42,127 nucleotides of DNA from Candidatus Aegiribacteria sp. (GCA_046498225.1 JAWOBF010000013.1:1-42127); one strand, 5' to 3'; shown: positions 8,235 through 17,628, numbered from the stretch's first letter. Notes: generated by a model from the sequence alone, not told the origin. Made by a program: numbers and translations.

Positions 8235-10071
8235 CTGCGGCAGTACCACCACAAAGGCCATCCTGATAGAGAAGAAGGATGGAGAATACCGTCTCATCCG
8301 CCGGGGGGAGGCTCCCACTACCGTGGAGGCCCCCGCGGAGGACGTTACCAAGGGTGTGCTCAACGCTGTAGGCGAGATCGAGGACCTTGAAGACAGAACA
8401 TTCCTCAAGCCCGGGGATGAGGGCGTGCAGGTATCGCCTGACAGCGATGACGGGGTAGACATCTACATGTCCACCTCCTCCGCCGGAGGCGGGTTGCAGA
8501 TGACCGTGGCCGGAGTGGTGAAGTCCATGACCGGCGAGAGCGCCCAGAGGGCGGCTCTGGGTGCCGGGGCCATAGTAATGGACGTCGTGGCATCCAACGA
8601 CGGCCGCCTGCCCCATGAGAAGGTGGCCGACATAAGGAGGCTCCGGCCGGACATGATACTCCTCTCCGGGGGCATCGACGGAGGCACCATAGATCACGTG
8701 GTGGAGCTGGCCGAAGTTGTCAAGGCCGCCGACCCCAAGCCCAGGTTCGGAGTGGGCTACAAGCTCCCGGTCATATTCGCCGGCAACCGGGACGCCAGGG
8801 ACGCGGTGAGGGAGGAGCTGGGCGAGCAGGTCGAGCTGAAGATAGTGGACAACCTCAGGCCGGTGCTGGAGAAGGAGAATCTGGGCCCCGCCAGGGACAT
8901 AATCCACGAACTCTTCATGGAGCACGTGATGGCCCAGGCTCCCGGTTACCCCAAGCTTATGAAATGGGCCGGCCATTATGTGGAGGGCAAGTGGAAACAG
9001 GTCCCCATCATGCCCACACCGGGCGCGGTGGGCAAGCTGATAGAGACCGTGGCGAAGAACGAGGACATAGAGGTGATGGGCGTGGACATTGGAGGCGCCA
9101 CAACCGATGTGTTCAGCGTCTTCGACAGCGCGGAGGGAGAGACGGTATTCAACCGTACGGTTTCCGCGAACCTGGGCATGAGCTACAGCGTATCAAACGT
9201 TCTGGCCAGCTCCGGCTTCGGCAACGTCATGCGCTGGGTTCCCTTCCACATGGACGAGGCGGACCTTCGCAACAGGATACGGAACAAGATGATACGTCCC
9301 ACCACCATACCCCAGATGCTGAAGGAGCTCATAGTCGAGCAGGCCATCGCCAGGGAAGCTCTCAGGCTGGCTCTGGTGCAGCACAAGGACCTGGCCACCG
9401 GCCTGAAGGGTGTGGCGCAGGAGAGGACCATCGGTGACGCATTCGAGCAGACCCAGACCGGGGGCACGCTGGTGGACATGATGGGTCTGGACCTGCTGAT
9501 AGGCTCCGGAGGGGTGCTTTCCCACGCGCCCAGGAGAAGCCAGGCGGCCCTGATGCTCATAGACGCCTTCCTTCCGGAGGGCGTCACGATGCTGGCGGTG
9601 GATTCCATCTTCATGATGCCGCAGCTGGGAGTACTCTCCGAGGTTCATCCTCAGGCGGCTACGGAAGTCTTCGACAAGGACTGCCTCATAAGGCTTGGCA
9701 CCTGCGTGGCCCCCGCCGGCGAGAACAGGAAGGCGTCGGTGCTGGCGGAGGTTACTATGACGAAACAGGACGGGTCCACCGTCGATGTGAAGATAGAGCA
9801 GGGCAGGATGGTGGTGGAACCCCTGGGAGTGGGCGAGAAGGTTCAGGCCGTCATCAGCCCCGCCAAGAACCTCGATGTGGGCGCCGGCCCCGGCAGCGAA
9901 TGGACCGGGGAGCTGGAAGGCGGCGTGGTCGGTATCATCTTCGACGGCAGGGGAAGGAACCCCTTCACCCTTCCGGAGGACGACTCCACCAGGATAGAGA
10001 AGCTCCAGGAATGGTCGCTTGCCCTGGACATCTATCCCGAAAGATTCATGAACCTGGAGGGAGGCGAATAA
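8197..10071 (+). CDS. GlmL/MutL-like (glutamate mutase accessory family) ASKHA actin-fold ATPase
   Basis: DCGSTTTKA (phosphate 1), SSAGGGL, LLSGGIDGG, DIGGATTDVFS (phosphate 2), RTVSANLGMS; AAGGAGG RBS before GTG. Confidence 0.85.
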   Translation: MASKEITRIMATDCGSTTTKAILIEKKDGEYRLIRRGEAPTTVEAPAEDVTKGVLNAVGEIEDLEDRTFLKPGDEGVQVSPDSDDGVDIYMSTSSAGGGLQMTVAGVVKSMTGESAQRAALGAGAIVMDVVASNDGRLPHEKVADIRRLRPDMILLSGGIDGGTIDHVVELAEVVKAADPKPRFGVGYKLPVIFAGNRDARDAVREELGEQVELKIVDNLRPVLEKENLGPARDIIHELFMEHVMAQAPGYPKLMKWAGHYVEGKWKQVPIMPTPGAVGKLIETVAKNEDIEVMGVDIGGATTDVFSVFDSAEGETVFNRTVSANLGMSYSVSNVLASSGFGNVMRWVPFHMDEADLRNRIRNKMIRPTTIPQMLKELIVEQAIAREALRLALVQHKDLATGLKGVAQERTIGDAFEQTQTGGTLVDMMGLDLLIGSGGVLSHAPRRSQAALMLIDAFLPEGVTMLAVDSIFMMPQLGVLSEVHPQAATEVFDKDCLIRLGTCVAPAGENRKASVLAEVTMTKQDGSTVDVKIEQGRMVVEPLGVGEKVQAVISPAKNLDVGAGPGSEWTGELEGGVVGIIFDGRGRNPFTLPEDDSTRIEKLQEWSLALDIYPERFMNLEGGE

Positions 10072-11192
10072 TGGCTTTCGCATACACACCCGGGCTGAGA
10101 GTCGCCTACCGTACTGTAGTGCGCAAGGAGAGAAGGCTTCCCCTGACCGGGGAGACACTGGTTAACAAGGGCGATGAGGTCACCGCAGATACGGTGGTGG
10201 CCAGGACGGAGCTTCCCGGCAACGTGAAGATGCTTAACATCGCCAACATTCTCGGACTGCCCCCCGGCGACATTCCGGAGCTGCTCACCGTGGAGGAGGG
10301 CGAGGTTCTGGAGGAGGGGCAGGCGCTGGGACAGTCCAAGGGACTGTTCGGACTTTTCAAGAACACCGTCCGGTCCCCCATAGAGGGTGTCTTCGAGAGC
10401 TACAACCGCATAACCGGCCAGGCCGTTCTTCGAGAGCCTCCCATTCCGGTGGAGATAGACGCCTACCTGAATGGCACCGTAGTGGAGATACTGGAGAACG
10501 AGGGAGTGATAGTTGAATCCGTCGCCACTTACGTCCAGGGAATCTTCGGGATCGGAGGCGAGACCAGGGGCGAGGTCAAGGTAGTCACCGAAGGGCCCGC
10601 CGATGAACTCACCGCGGACCTGATAGACGATTCCTGCCGCGGGAAGGTGCTCCTGGGAGGTTCCTTCGTATCCTTCAGTACCCTGAACACGGCCATTGAA
10701 AAGGGAGTCAAGGCTATCATAGTCGGCGGTTTCGATGACAAGGACCTGAAGGAGTTCCTGGGCTACGACCTGGGCGTAGCCATAACCGGGCATGAGAAGA
10801 AGGGAATCACCCTCATACTCACCGAGGGCTTCGGCAGGATGACCATGGCAAGCGAGACCTTCGAACTGCTGAAGTCCCGCGAGGGAATGCTGGCCAGCGT
10901 CAACGGCGCCACCCAGATAAGGGCCGGCGTGATGCGTCCGGAAGTGGCCATACCCGTGGAAGGCGCGGAGGATGAGAAGGATTCCGGCAAGCAGGCAGGA
11001 GCGATGGACATAGGCTCCCCGGTCCGCTGCATCAGGGCTCCCTACTTCGGCAGGCTGGGCACTGTAGCCGGTCTTCCGGCGGAGCTGCAGGTCCTTGATT
11101 CCGAAGCCAGGGTACGGGTCCTGGACGTGAAGTTCGAGGATGGCGAGACGGTCACGGTTCCCAGGGCGAATGTGGAATTGATAGAGGCGTAG
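10071..11192 (+). CDS. Hypothetical protein with barrel-sandwich hybrid motifs, an alpha/beta domain and a C-terminal KOW/SH3-like domain
   Basis: TAATG coupling and GGAGG RBS; motifs LVNKGDEV, VEEGEVLEEGQ..RSPIEG, DAYLNGTVVEI and IGSPVRCIRAPYFGRLGTV. Confidence 0.8.
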   Translation: MAFAYTPGLRVAYRTVVRKERRLPLTGETLVNKGDEVTADTVVARTELPGNVKMLNIANILGLPPGDIPELLTVEEGEVLEEGQALGQSKGLFGLFKNTVRSPIEGVFESYNRITGQAVLREPPIPVEIDAYLNGTVVEILENEGVIVESVATYVQGIFGIGGETRGEVKVVTEGPADELTADLIDDSCRGKVLLGGSFVSFSTLNTAIEKGVKAIIVGGFDDKDLKEFLGYDLGVAITGHEKKGITLILTEGFGRMTMASETFELLKSREGMLASVNGATQIRAGVMRPEVAIPVEGAEDEKDSGKQAGAMDIGSPVRCIRAPYFGRLGTVAGLPAELQVLDSEARVRVLDVKFEDGETVTVPRANVELIEA

Positions 11193-11229
11193 CAATGCCG
11201 TCTTATGAAGGATTATTCTGGAAGATCGT

Positions 11230-11260
11230 TGCCCCGGCGAACTGCCGGGGCACTTCCTTT
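11230..11260 (+). terminator. Intra-operon hairpin with pyrimidine tail
   Basis: TGCCCCGGC-GAACT-GCCGGGGCA followed by CTTCCTTT. Confidence 0.5.
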
Positions 11261-11280
11261 CCCGGAGACAAGGAGGGAGC

Positions 11281-12486
11281 ATGAACAGATCACCGGCCGC
11301 TATTCTACTCCTGCTGGTACTCGCCGCGGGGTCGGCCCCGGCCCGGGGGCAAGACCTGCCGGACATCGAAGAACTGGATTCCATGGGTTCTTCGGAGGTC
11401 TGCACAGCCATCGAGTTCCAGGCGGAGGACACCCCGGACGACGCCGGCGGCTCCGTGGACCTGAGCTGGCTCATGGAGGTGGAACAGCCGTTACCAGATT
11501 CCCTGGGCGTGGTAAGGACCGACCCTTCGGGTGAGACCGAGCTGATAGCCACGCTTCCCACCGGGACCATCCTGTACAGGGACGATACCGCCGGGAACGG
11601 GGTCGAGTACAGCTACCGGGTGGTATCCTACCTCGACGGTGAGATCACGGGATGTTCGGAGGAGGCCGCAGCGGTCGCCTCGGCCCAGTGGCTCTACAGC
11701 GGCAGGGTGGGCATGATGGTCATACTCATCATACTGGCCGGGCTCATCCTCTACTACATAGAAGCTGGAAAGAAGGGCAGGGAACTTTACATTCGGGAGA
11801 TAGCCGGGCTTGCGGCGGTGGACGACGCTGTGGGAAGGGCAACGGAGATGGGCAAGCCGGTGCTCTACATTCCCGGCATCATGGACATGGACAACATTCA
11901 GACCATAGCCAGCATGGTGATACTCGGAAGGGTGGCCAGGAAGACCGCCGAGTACGGGTCGCCCCTTCTGGTTCCCACCAGCAGGAGCGTGGTGATGAGC
12001 GTTGCCCAGGAAGTGGTCAAGGAAGGTCATATCCAGGCGGGAAGACCCGATACCTACAGAAAGGAAGATATTACCTACCTTACCGATGACCAGTTCGGCT
12101 ACGCCGCTGGCGTGGACGGGATCATGGTTCGGGAGAGGCCGGCGGCCATCTTCCTCCTGGGAACCTTCTACGCGGAGAGCCTCATTCTGGCGGAAACCGG
12201 CAGGAGCGTGGGCGCCATACAGATAGCCGGTACGGCCATGCCCAGCCAGATACCCTTTTTCGTAGCGGCCTGCGACTATACGCTGATAGGAGAGGAACTC
12301 TTCGCGGCAAGCGCCTACCTCTCCCGGGAGCCCAAGCTCCTCGGCAGCCTGAAGGGACAGGACGCGGCAAAGCTCTTCTTCATAATCCTGATAGTGGCCG
12401 GCGTGGCGTCGGCCACCATCGGCCAGTTCTGGCCCCCTCTCGAGAGCGTGGCGGAATTCTTCCGCCATCTCGTAACCGTGAATTAG
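11281..12486 (+). CDS. DUF6754-family membrane protein with signal peptide and FN3-like periplasmic domain
   Basis: Signal peptide, FN3-like VDLSW...YRDDT..NGVEYSYRV, a TM helix, IREIAGLAAVDDAVGRATEMGKP, CDYTLIGEELFAASAYL, and a C-terminal TM helix. Confidence 0.8.
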   Translation: MNRSPAAILLLLVLAAGSAPARGQDLPDIEELDSMGSSEVCTAIEFQAEDTPDDAGGSVDLSWLMEVEQPLPDSLGVVRTDPSGETELIATLPTGTILYRDDTAGNGVEYSYRVVSYLDGEITGCSEEAAAVASAQWLYSGRVGMMVILIILAGLILYYIEAGKKGRELYIREIAGLAAVDDAVGRATEMGKPVLYIPGIMDMDNIQTIASMVILGRVARKTAEYGSPLLVPTSRSVVMSVAQEVVKEGHIQAGRPDTYRKEDITYLTDDQFGYAAGVDGIMVRERPAAIFLLGTFYAESLILAETGRSVGAIQIAGTAMPSQIPFFVAACDYTLIGEELFAASAYLSREPKLLGSLKGQDAAKLFFIILIVAGVASATIGQFWPPLESVAEFFRHLVTVN

Positions 12487-12495
12487 GAGGCTGGT

Positions 12496-13119
12496 ATGAG
12501 ACTGATAATACCGCTGGCCATCACCTTTACCGCGGGCATGATAATGATCCTCAACTTCTTCATACCTCACCAGCCATTCGCTTTCCTGGGTGAGAATCTC
12601 CAGGAATGGTACATGATTGTGGCCTCCGGGGCCATATTCCTCGGTGCCGCCAACCTGATGCACGTTCACATCAGGAAGACCAGGCTGAAGCTGAAGAACT
12701 GGGAGTACAGTCCGGTCACCATAGTGGGTTTCCTGGTGATGATAGTCACCGGGCTCATTTACGGGGTGACGGAGAATCTGCCCTTCGACTACCTGTTCAT
12801 GAACATGGTGGCTCCCATGGGGGCTACGATGTTCAGCATGCTGGCTTTCTTCGTGGCATCCGCGGCCTTCAGGGCCTTCAGGGCCTCCAACTGGAGGGCC
12901 ACCCTGCTGCTTACCTCGGCCTTCCTCGTGATGCTGGGGCAGGTGCCCATAGGGGCGATGATCTGGGACAAGATCCCCCTGGCGAAGGTCTGGCTCATGA
13001 CCATACCCAACACCGCGGGACAGAGGGCGGTTATGATAGGCGCCGCCATGGGAGTGGTGGCCACCTCCCTCCGCATGATATTCGGTATCGAGCGGAGCTA
13101 CCTGGGGGGTGCTGACTGA
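12496..13119 (+). CDS. Polytopic membrane protein (~6 TM)
   Basis: Several hydrophobic helices; MFSMLAFFVASAAFRAFR and GQRAVMIG motifs; AGGAGG RBS. Confidence 0.85.
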   Translation: MRLIIPLAITFTAGMIMILNFFIPHQPFAFLGENLQEWYMIVASGAIFLGAANLMHVHIRKTRLKLKNWEYSPVTIVGFLVMIVTGLIYGVTENLPFDYLFMNMVAPMGATMFSMLAFFVASAAFRAFRASNWRATLLLTSAFLVMLGQVPIGAMIWDKIPLAKVWLMTIPNTAGQRAVMIGAAMGVVATSLRMIFGIERSYLGGAD

Positions 13120-13961
13120 TGGCGAACATATTTGAAAAAATGGGCGACCTGGACAGAAGGATCATCTTCCTGCTCATCGCCCTGGCGGTGATAATTCCGA
13201 TACTGACCGACCTGGTAATCCCCAACAAGGTCGGGGCGGAGCCAAGCCGGGACCTGTACGAATACGTGGACTCCCTGCCGGCGAATTCCAACGTGCTGGT
13301 AAGCTTCGATTACGACCCGTCGACCATGCCGGAGCTGCAGCCGATGGCGGAAGCGGTGGTGAGGCACCTCTTCGAGAAGGACCACCAGGTGATAGGAATG
13401 GCGCTGTGGCCACAGGGGGCCGCCCTGGGGCAGGCCGCCATGTCGCTGATGGCGGACAGCGTGGGCAGGGAACAGTACCTTGACTGGGTGAACCTGGGCT
13501 ACAAGACGGGCGGAGGAGTGATGATAGTCCGCCTGGGAACCAGCATGAGAGCCGTATTCCCCACGGACAGGGACAACGTCCCCTGGATGGAGATACCCAT
13601 GCTGGAGGAAATCTTCAGCCTGGACGACATCGACCTGGTGATATCCCTCTCCGCCGGCGACCCGGGCATAATCGCGTGGGTCATGATGGCCGGGGACAGG
13701 TACGATATCCCCATAGGGGGCGGATGCACCGCGGTCAGCGCTCCGCAGCTGTACACATACCTGCAGACCGGGCAGATGGTCGGACTCCTGGGAGGACTGA
13801 AGGGCGCCGCCGATTATGAGACGCTGGTAGGGATAGAGGCGGGGCAGGCCATTCGGGGAATGTCCCCCCAGTCCGTGGCCCACATCGTTATAATGCTCTT
13901 CATAATCATAGGCAACATCGCCTACTTCTCTCAGCAGAGAAAGAAGGGAGGCATCAGATGA
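13119..13961 (+). CDS. Membrane-anchored protein with alpha/beta domain (N- and C-terminal TM)
   Basis: TGATG coupling; VLVSFDYDPSTMPELQPMA, WVNLGY and GLLGGLKGAADYE motifs. Confidence 0.85.
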   Translation: MANIFEKMGDLDRRIIFLLIALAVIIPILTDLVIPNKVGAEPSRDLYEYVDSLPANSNVLVSFDYDPSTMPELQPMAEAVVRHLFEKDHQVIGMALWPQGAALGQAAMSLMADSVGREQYLDWVNLGYKTGGGVMIVRLGTSMRAVFPTDRDNVPWMEIPMLEEIFSLDDIDLVISLSAGDPGIIAWVMMAGDRYDIPIGGGCTAVSAPQLYTYLQTGQMVGLLGGLKGAADYETLVGIEAGQAIRGMSPQSVAHIVIMLFIIIGNIAYFSQQRKKGGIR

Positions 13962-14611
13962 ACTGGGAAATAGTCGGAATATGGCTTGGGGCTCTAGTTA
14001 CGCTGTGCCTCTACAGCTTCCTCTACCGCGACAACCCCTTCTACAAGTTCGCCGAGCATCTGTTCGTGGGAATGAGCGCCGGATACTGGGTCATCTACAG
14101 CATATTCAATGTGCTCATCCCCAACTGGTGGGAGAACATGTTGCCTCCCGGAGGAGGCTTCAACTGGATATGGGTGATCCCCGGCATCTTCGCCATGTTC
14201 ATGCTGGCCAGGATGGTGCCGAAGATAGCGGGACTGTCCCGGCTGGCCCTGGCAATGATAGTCGGCGCCGGGGCGGGGCTGAACATGCTCACCTTCTTCC
14301 AGTCCAACGCCCTGGCACAGGTGAAGGGGACCATATTCTCCGTGGCCACCGGCGGCCCATGGAGCGTATTCAGCAGCCTTGTACTGGTGGTAGGCGTGGT
14401 AAGCGGCCTGGTGTATTTCTTCTTCTCGAAGGCCCACACGGGACTGACCGGCAGAACGGCTAGCGTGGGAATAACCATACTGATGGTGGCCTTCGGCGCC
14501 AGTTTCGGATACACTATCATGGCGAGACTGAGCCTTCTTATTGGCAGGTCGCAGTTTCTGTTCGAGGAGTGGCTGCCCACCATCCCCAGGTTGCTGGGAA
14601 TAGGCGGTTGA
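13958..14611 (+). CDS. Polytopic membrane protein (~6 TM)
   Basis: ATGA coupling; YRDNPFYKFAEHLFVG and AFGASFGYTIMARLSLLIGR motifs. Confidence 0.85.
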   Translation: MNWEIVGIWLGALVTLCLYSFLYRDNPFYKFAEHLFVGMSAGYWVIYSIFNVLIPNWWENMLPPGGGFNWIWVIPGIFAMFMLARMVPKIAGLSRLALAMIVGAGAGLNMLTFFQSNALAQVKGTIFSVATGGPWSVFSSLVLVVGVVSGLVYFFFSKAHTGLTGRTASVGITILMVAFGASFGYTIMARLSLLIGRSQFLFEEWLPTIPRLLGIGG

Positions 14612-14628
14612 GGCGGTGGAATACCGGC

Positions 14629-14657
14629 TTGACGCGGCGAACGGCCGGTCGTATGCT
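14629..14657 (+). promoter_or_regulatory. Sigma70-type promoter for the TonB-receptor operon
   Basis: TTGACG-N17-TATGCT. Confidence 0.6.
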
Positions 14658-14710
14658 CTGTTTCGAAAGTATGAAGAGAAGTGAAGGAGTGTATTCTCAG
14701 AAGCGGTAAG

Positions 14711-14742
14711 AACTGTAATAAAACTTTAAACTGTAACAGTTT
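14711..14742. promoter_or_regulatory. Candidate operator
   Basis: Inverted repeat AAACTGT-A-ACAGTTT at 14728-14742, plus direct repeat AACTGTAA at 14711 and 14729. Confidence 0.45.
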
Positions 14743-14853
14743 GCGCAGCTCTTGAAAAGGTGAAGGGGAGGTGTGAGCACAAAACTTTTTCCAGGCTGCT
14801 GAGGGCATTTAATCCGCATCAGGGGATGCGGAAAGAGGAAAGGAGCTACAGCG

Positions 14854-17616
14854 GTGCGTAGAAAAGCGATGATACTGTCTTTTGCACTTGTGCTGTTCGT
14901 GGCTCTGTCATTGACGGCAGGCACCACAGGTAAGATAGCCGGAAGGGTTACCGACACCGACGGCAACCCTCTGACTGGCGCCACCGTTATGATCGTGGGA
15001 ACATCCTACGGCGCTATGACGGATGCTAATGGAGAGTACTTCATCATCAACCTTCAGCCCGGCGAGTACACCGTACAGGCCAGCATGGTTGGTATGAGCA
15101 TGAAGACAGCAGAGGGAGTCATGGTCATGGTCGACCAGACGACTCCCATGAACTTTTCCCTTGATCCGGCCACCGTTGGTGAGACAACCATAACGGTGAC
15201 CGACACCAGAGGTCTCATCATGATGGACGCCACGGAGACATTCCACGTGGTGGGCAGGGATGAGATCAGGACGATGCCCGTGGCGGGCATAGCTGACGTA
15301 GTTAACAGGCAGGCGGGAACTGTGAGCCGGGGCGGACTTCACGTTCGCGGAGGCCGCAGCGGAGAGGTCACCTACGTTATCGACGGAGTGGCCCAGATAG
15401 ATCCCACCAGCAGGAGCTTCACCAGCAGCGTTCCCATGTCCGGCGTGGCCGAGACATCCCTCATCACCGGCGGTTTCGGGGCCGAGTACGGCAACGCCCA
15501 GTCCGGTGTGGTCAACATCGTCACCCGTGAGGGAGGCAGCAGGTACACCGGCTCCCTGGACTGGAACGGCAACAACTTCCAGAAGATGGGCCTGGCCGAC
15601 GACTGGACCTGGGGCGGAACCAGCGAAGAGGAACCCACCGAATGGCGCTGGGCCAACGTAACCCCCTTCGCGGAAGCCAGGTTCAACGTGGAGGGCACCC
15701 TGGGCGGACCCGAGCCCTTCACCAGCTACCTCCTCCCGGCCATCGGCCTCGACATTCCCGGGGACATGAACATGTTCTTCTCCGGCGAGTGGCTTGAGAC
15801 CGGCGGAGGCCAGGACGGCCGCTACGGCTACGGTTTCAACGACTGGGTTGAGAGGTGGACCGGAAACCTCAAACTCACCTACAGGCCCAACCCCAGGACA
15901 AAGGTCAACCTCACAGGGTACTACATGGACGAGATGTACGGCTACGGTCCCTGGGACTGGAGCAGGTACGAGGTTCCCTACATCGATACCGATCCGGAAT
16001 CCTCAACCTACGGCGACACCCTGGCGTGGGGAGAGAACATCCTCTACGGCTGCCCCACCGTATTCAGGGAGAACTACAGCTTCGGCGCCGGTCTCACCCA
16101 GACCCTGAGCGACGCCACCTTCATGGAGATAAAGCTCAACCAGTACCAGACCGAGATGACCTACAGGATCTACAACGATCCGGACGACCCGAATACCACC
16201 ACCGAGTTCTACGGAGAGGACTTCACCTGGGACGACTGGCAGGACGTCACTCCCACCAGGAACCTTGACTTCGACGGCTTCTACAGGGCTGGACGGCACC
16301 GTTCCTCCTGGGCTGAGACCAGGAGCACCATCTCCACCTTCAGGTCCGACATCACCAGCCAGGTGAACCAGGAACACCAGCTGAAGGCGGGACTGGAAGG
16401 CAGTTACTACGATGTGTTCGACTACTACATAGACACCGCCTCGGGCGGCAACATCTACGCCGGCAGGTACCACGTGTTCCCCAACGCCGGCGCGGCATAC
16501 ATTCAGGACAAGATGGAATACAGGGGAATGATAGTTAACGCCGGCCTGCGCTTCGACTACTTCGACGCCAACTTCGACCAGTACCCGGCGGACATCACCG
16601 ACCCCATCAACCCGGGAACTCAGCCGGGTGACGACGACCACATCAAGAACCCGGTCAGCGTTCCCATCAAGTATCACCTCAGCCCCCGGATCGGCTTCTC
16701 CCATCCCATAACCGACCGGGACGTGCTTCACTTCACCTACGGCCACTACTTCCAGACACCCACCTTCGACCGCATGTACAGCGGCTCCGACTACGACCTC
16801 TCCGGCGCCTTCCCCATAGTGGGCAACCCGGACCTGGCCGCTGAGGAGACCATTTCCTACGAGGTGGGCGTGAAGCACCAGTTCAACGACGTTACCATGG
16901 CCAGCGTCACCGGCTACTACAAGGACATAACCGGGCTGGTGAACATGCAGAACAACTTCTACTCCGCGGTGGACGCCTACGACCTCTACATCAACGGCGA
17001 CTACGGCAACGTGAGAGGTGCGGAGTTCAACCTGTTGAGGCGTCCCAGCGACTTCTGGTCCGGCAGCGTCAACTACACCTACTCGGTTGCCATGGGCAAG
17101 AGCTCCAGCGCCACCCAGAACTACAGCTATGTCTGGGCCGGCTGGATAATTCCGAAGAAGGAATCCCCGCTTGACTGGGACCAGAGGCACATGGTGAACG
17201 CGGAAGTCGATTACCGCATACCTCAGGGCGAAGGCCCCAGGATCGGCGACACTCCCTTCCTCGAAGGATTTGGAGTCCACCTCTCCTGGAACTACGGCAG
17301 CGGCGTGCCCTACAGCTCGTCCAACCAGGGAACGGCCCAGCCGGAGATAAACGACAAGAGGTATCCCTGGACCATGAGCACCACCCTGAAGGTGAACAAG
17401 ACCTTCTGGATGGGCGGGGTCACACTGGATGCCTACTGTCAGGTCAACAACCTGTTCAACAGGCAGAACATCAACAACATCGCCGACATAGCCTGGTACG
17501 ACGCGGACCAGGACGGCGACGGGGAGCCCGACAACGACCCCACCGGCTCCATGGACAATCCCTACGTGTTCAGCAGGCCCCGCATGATCAGGTTCGGCCT
17601 GGGAGTTGAATGGTAG
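14854..17616 (+). CDS. TonB-dependent outer-membrane receptor with N-terminal carboxypeptidase-regulatory-like domain
   Basis: Signal peptide; GKIAGRVTD..G.PL.GATV; plug motifs LHVRGGRSGE and GGFGAEYGNAQSGVVNIVT; SPRIGFSHP, GNPDL, NNLFN; C-terminal beta-signal RFGLGVEW. Confidence 0.95.
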   Translation: MRRKAMILSFALVLFVALSLTAGTTGKIAGRVTDTDGNPLTGATVMIVGTSYGAMTDANGEYFIINLQPGEYTVQASMVGMSMKTAEGVMVMVDQTTPMNFSLDPATVGETTITVTDTRGLIMMDATETFHVVGRDEIRTMPVAGIADVVNRQAGTVSRGGLHVRGGRSGEVTYVIDGVAQIDPTSRSFTSSVPMSGVAETSLITGGFGAEYGNAQSGVVNIVTREGGSRYTGSLDWNGNNFQKMGLADDWTWGGTSEEEPTEWRWANVTPFAEARFNVEGTLGGPEPFTSYLLPAIGLDIPGDMNMFFSGEWLETGGGQDGRYGYGFNDWVERWTGNLKLTYRPNPRTKVNLTGYYMDEMYGYGPWDWSRYEVPYIDTDPESSTYGDTLAWGENILYGCPTVFRENYSFGAGLTQTLSDATFMEIKLNQYQTEMTYRIYNDPDDPNTTTEFYGEDFTWDDWQDVTPTRNLDFDGFYRAGRHRSSWAETRSTISTFRSDITSQVNQEHQLKAGLEGSYYDVFDYYIDTASGGNIYAGRYHVFPNAGAAYIQDKMEYRGMIVNAGLRFDYFDANFDQYPADITDPINPGTQPGDDDHIKNPVSVPIKYHLSPRIGFSHPITDRDVLHFTYGHYFQTPTFDRMYSGSDYDLSGAFPIVGNPDLAAEETISYEVGVKHQFNDVTMASVTGYYKDITGLVNMQNNFYSAVDAYDLYINGDYGNVRGAEFNLLRRPSDFWSGSVNYTYSVAMGKSSSATQNYSYVWAGWIIPKKESPLDWDQRHMVNAEVDYRIPQGEGPRIGDTPFLEGFGVHLSWNYGSGVPYSSSNQGTAQPEINDKRYPWTMSTTLKVNKTFWMGGVTLDAYCQVNNLFNRQNINNIADIAWYDADQDGDGEPDNDPTGSMDNPYVFSRPRMIRFGLGVEW

Positions 17617-17628
17617 ACTGAAATTCTT

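Noticed and set aside
8197..10071. Glutamate/methylaspartate mutase operon, or DNA-repair MutL
   Set aside because: No B12-binding DxHxxG subunit or GlmE is present; the motifs are ASKHA, not GHKL.
10071..14611. Rnf/Nqr or ABC/ECF complex
   Set aside because: No Fe-S Cys motifs, no clear FMN-attachment subunits, and no Walker A/LSGGQ ATPase.
14760..14802. Leader peptide MSTKLFPGC after GGGGAGGT
   Set aside because: The SD-to-start spacing is too short and there is no informative codon run.
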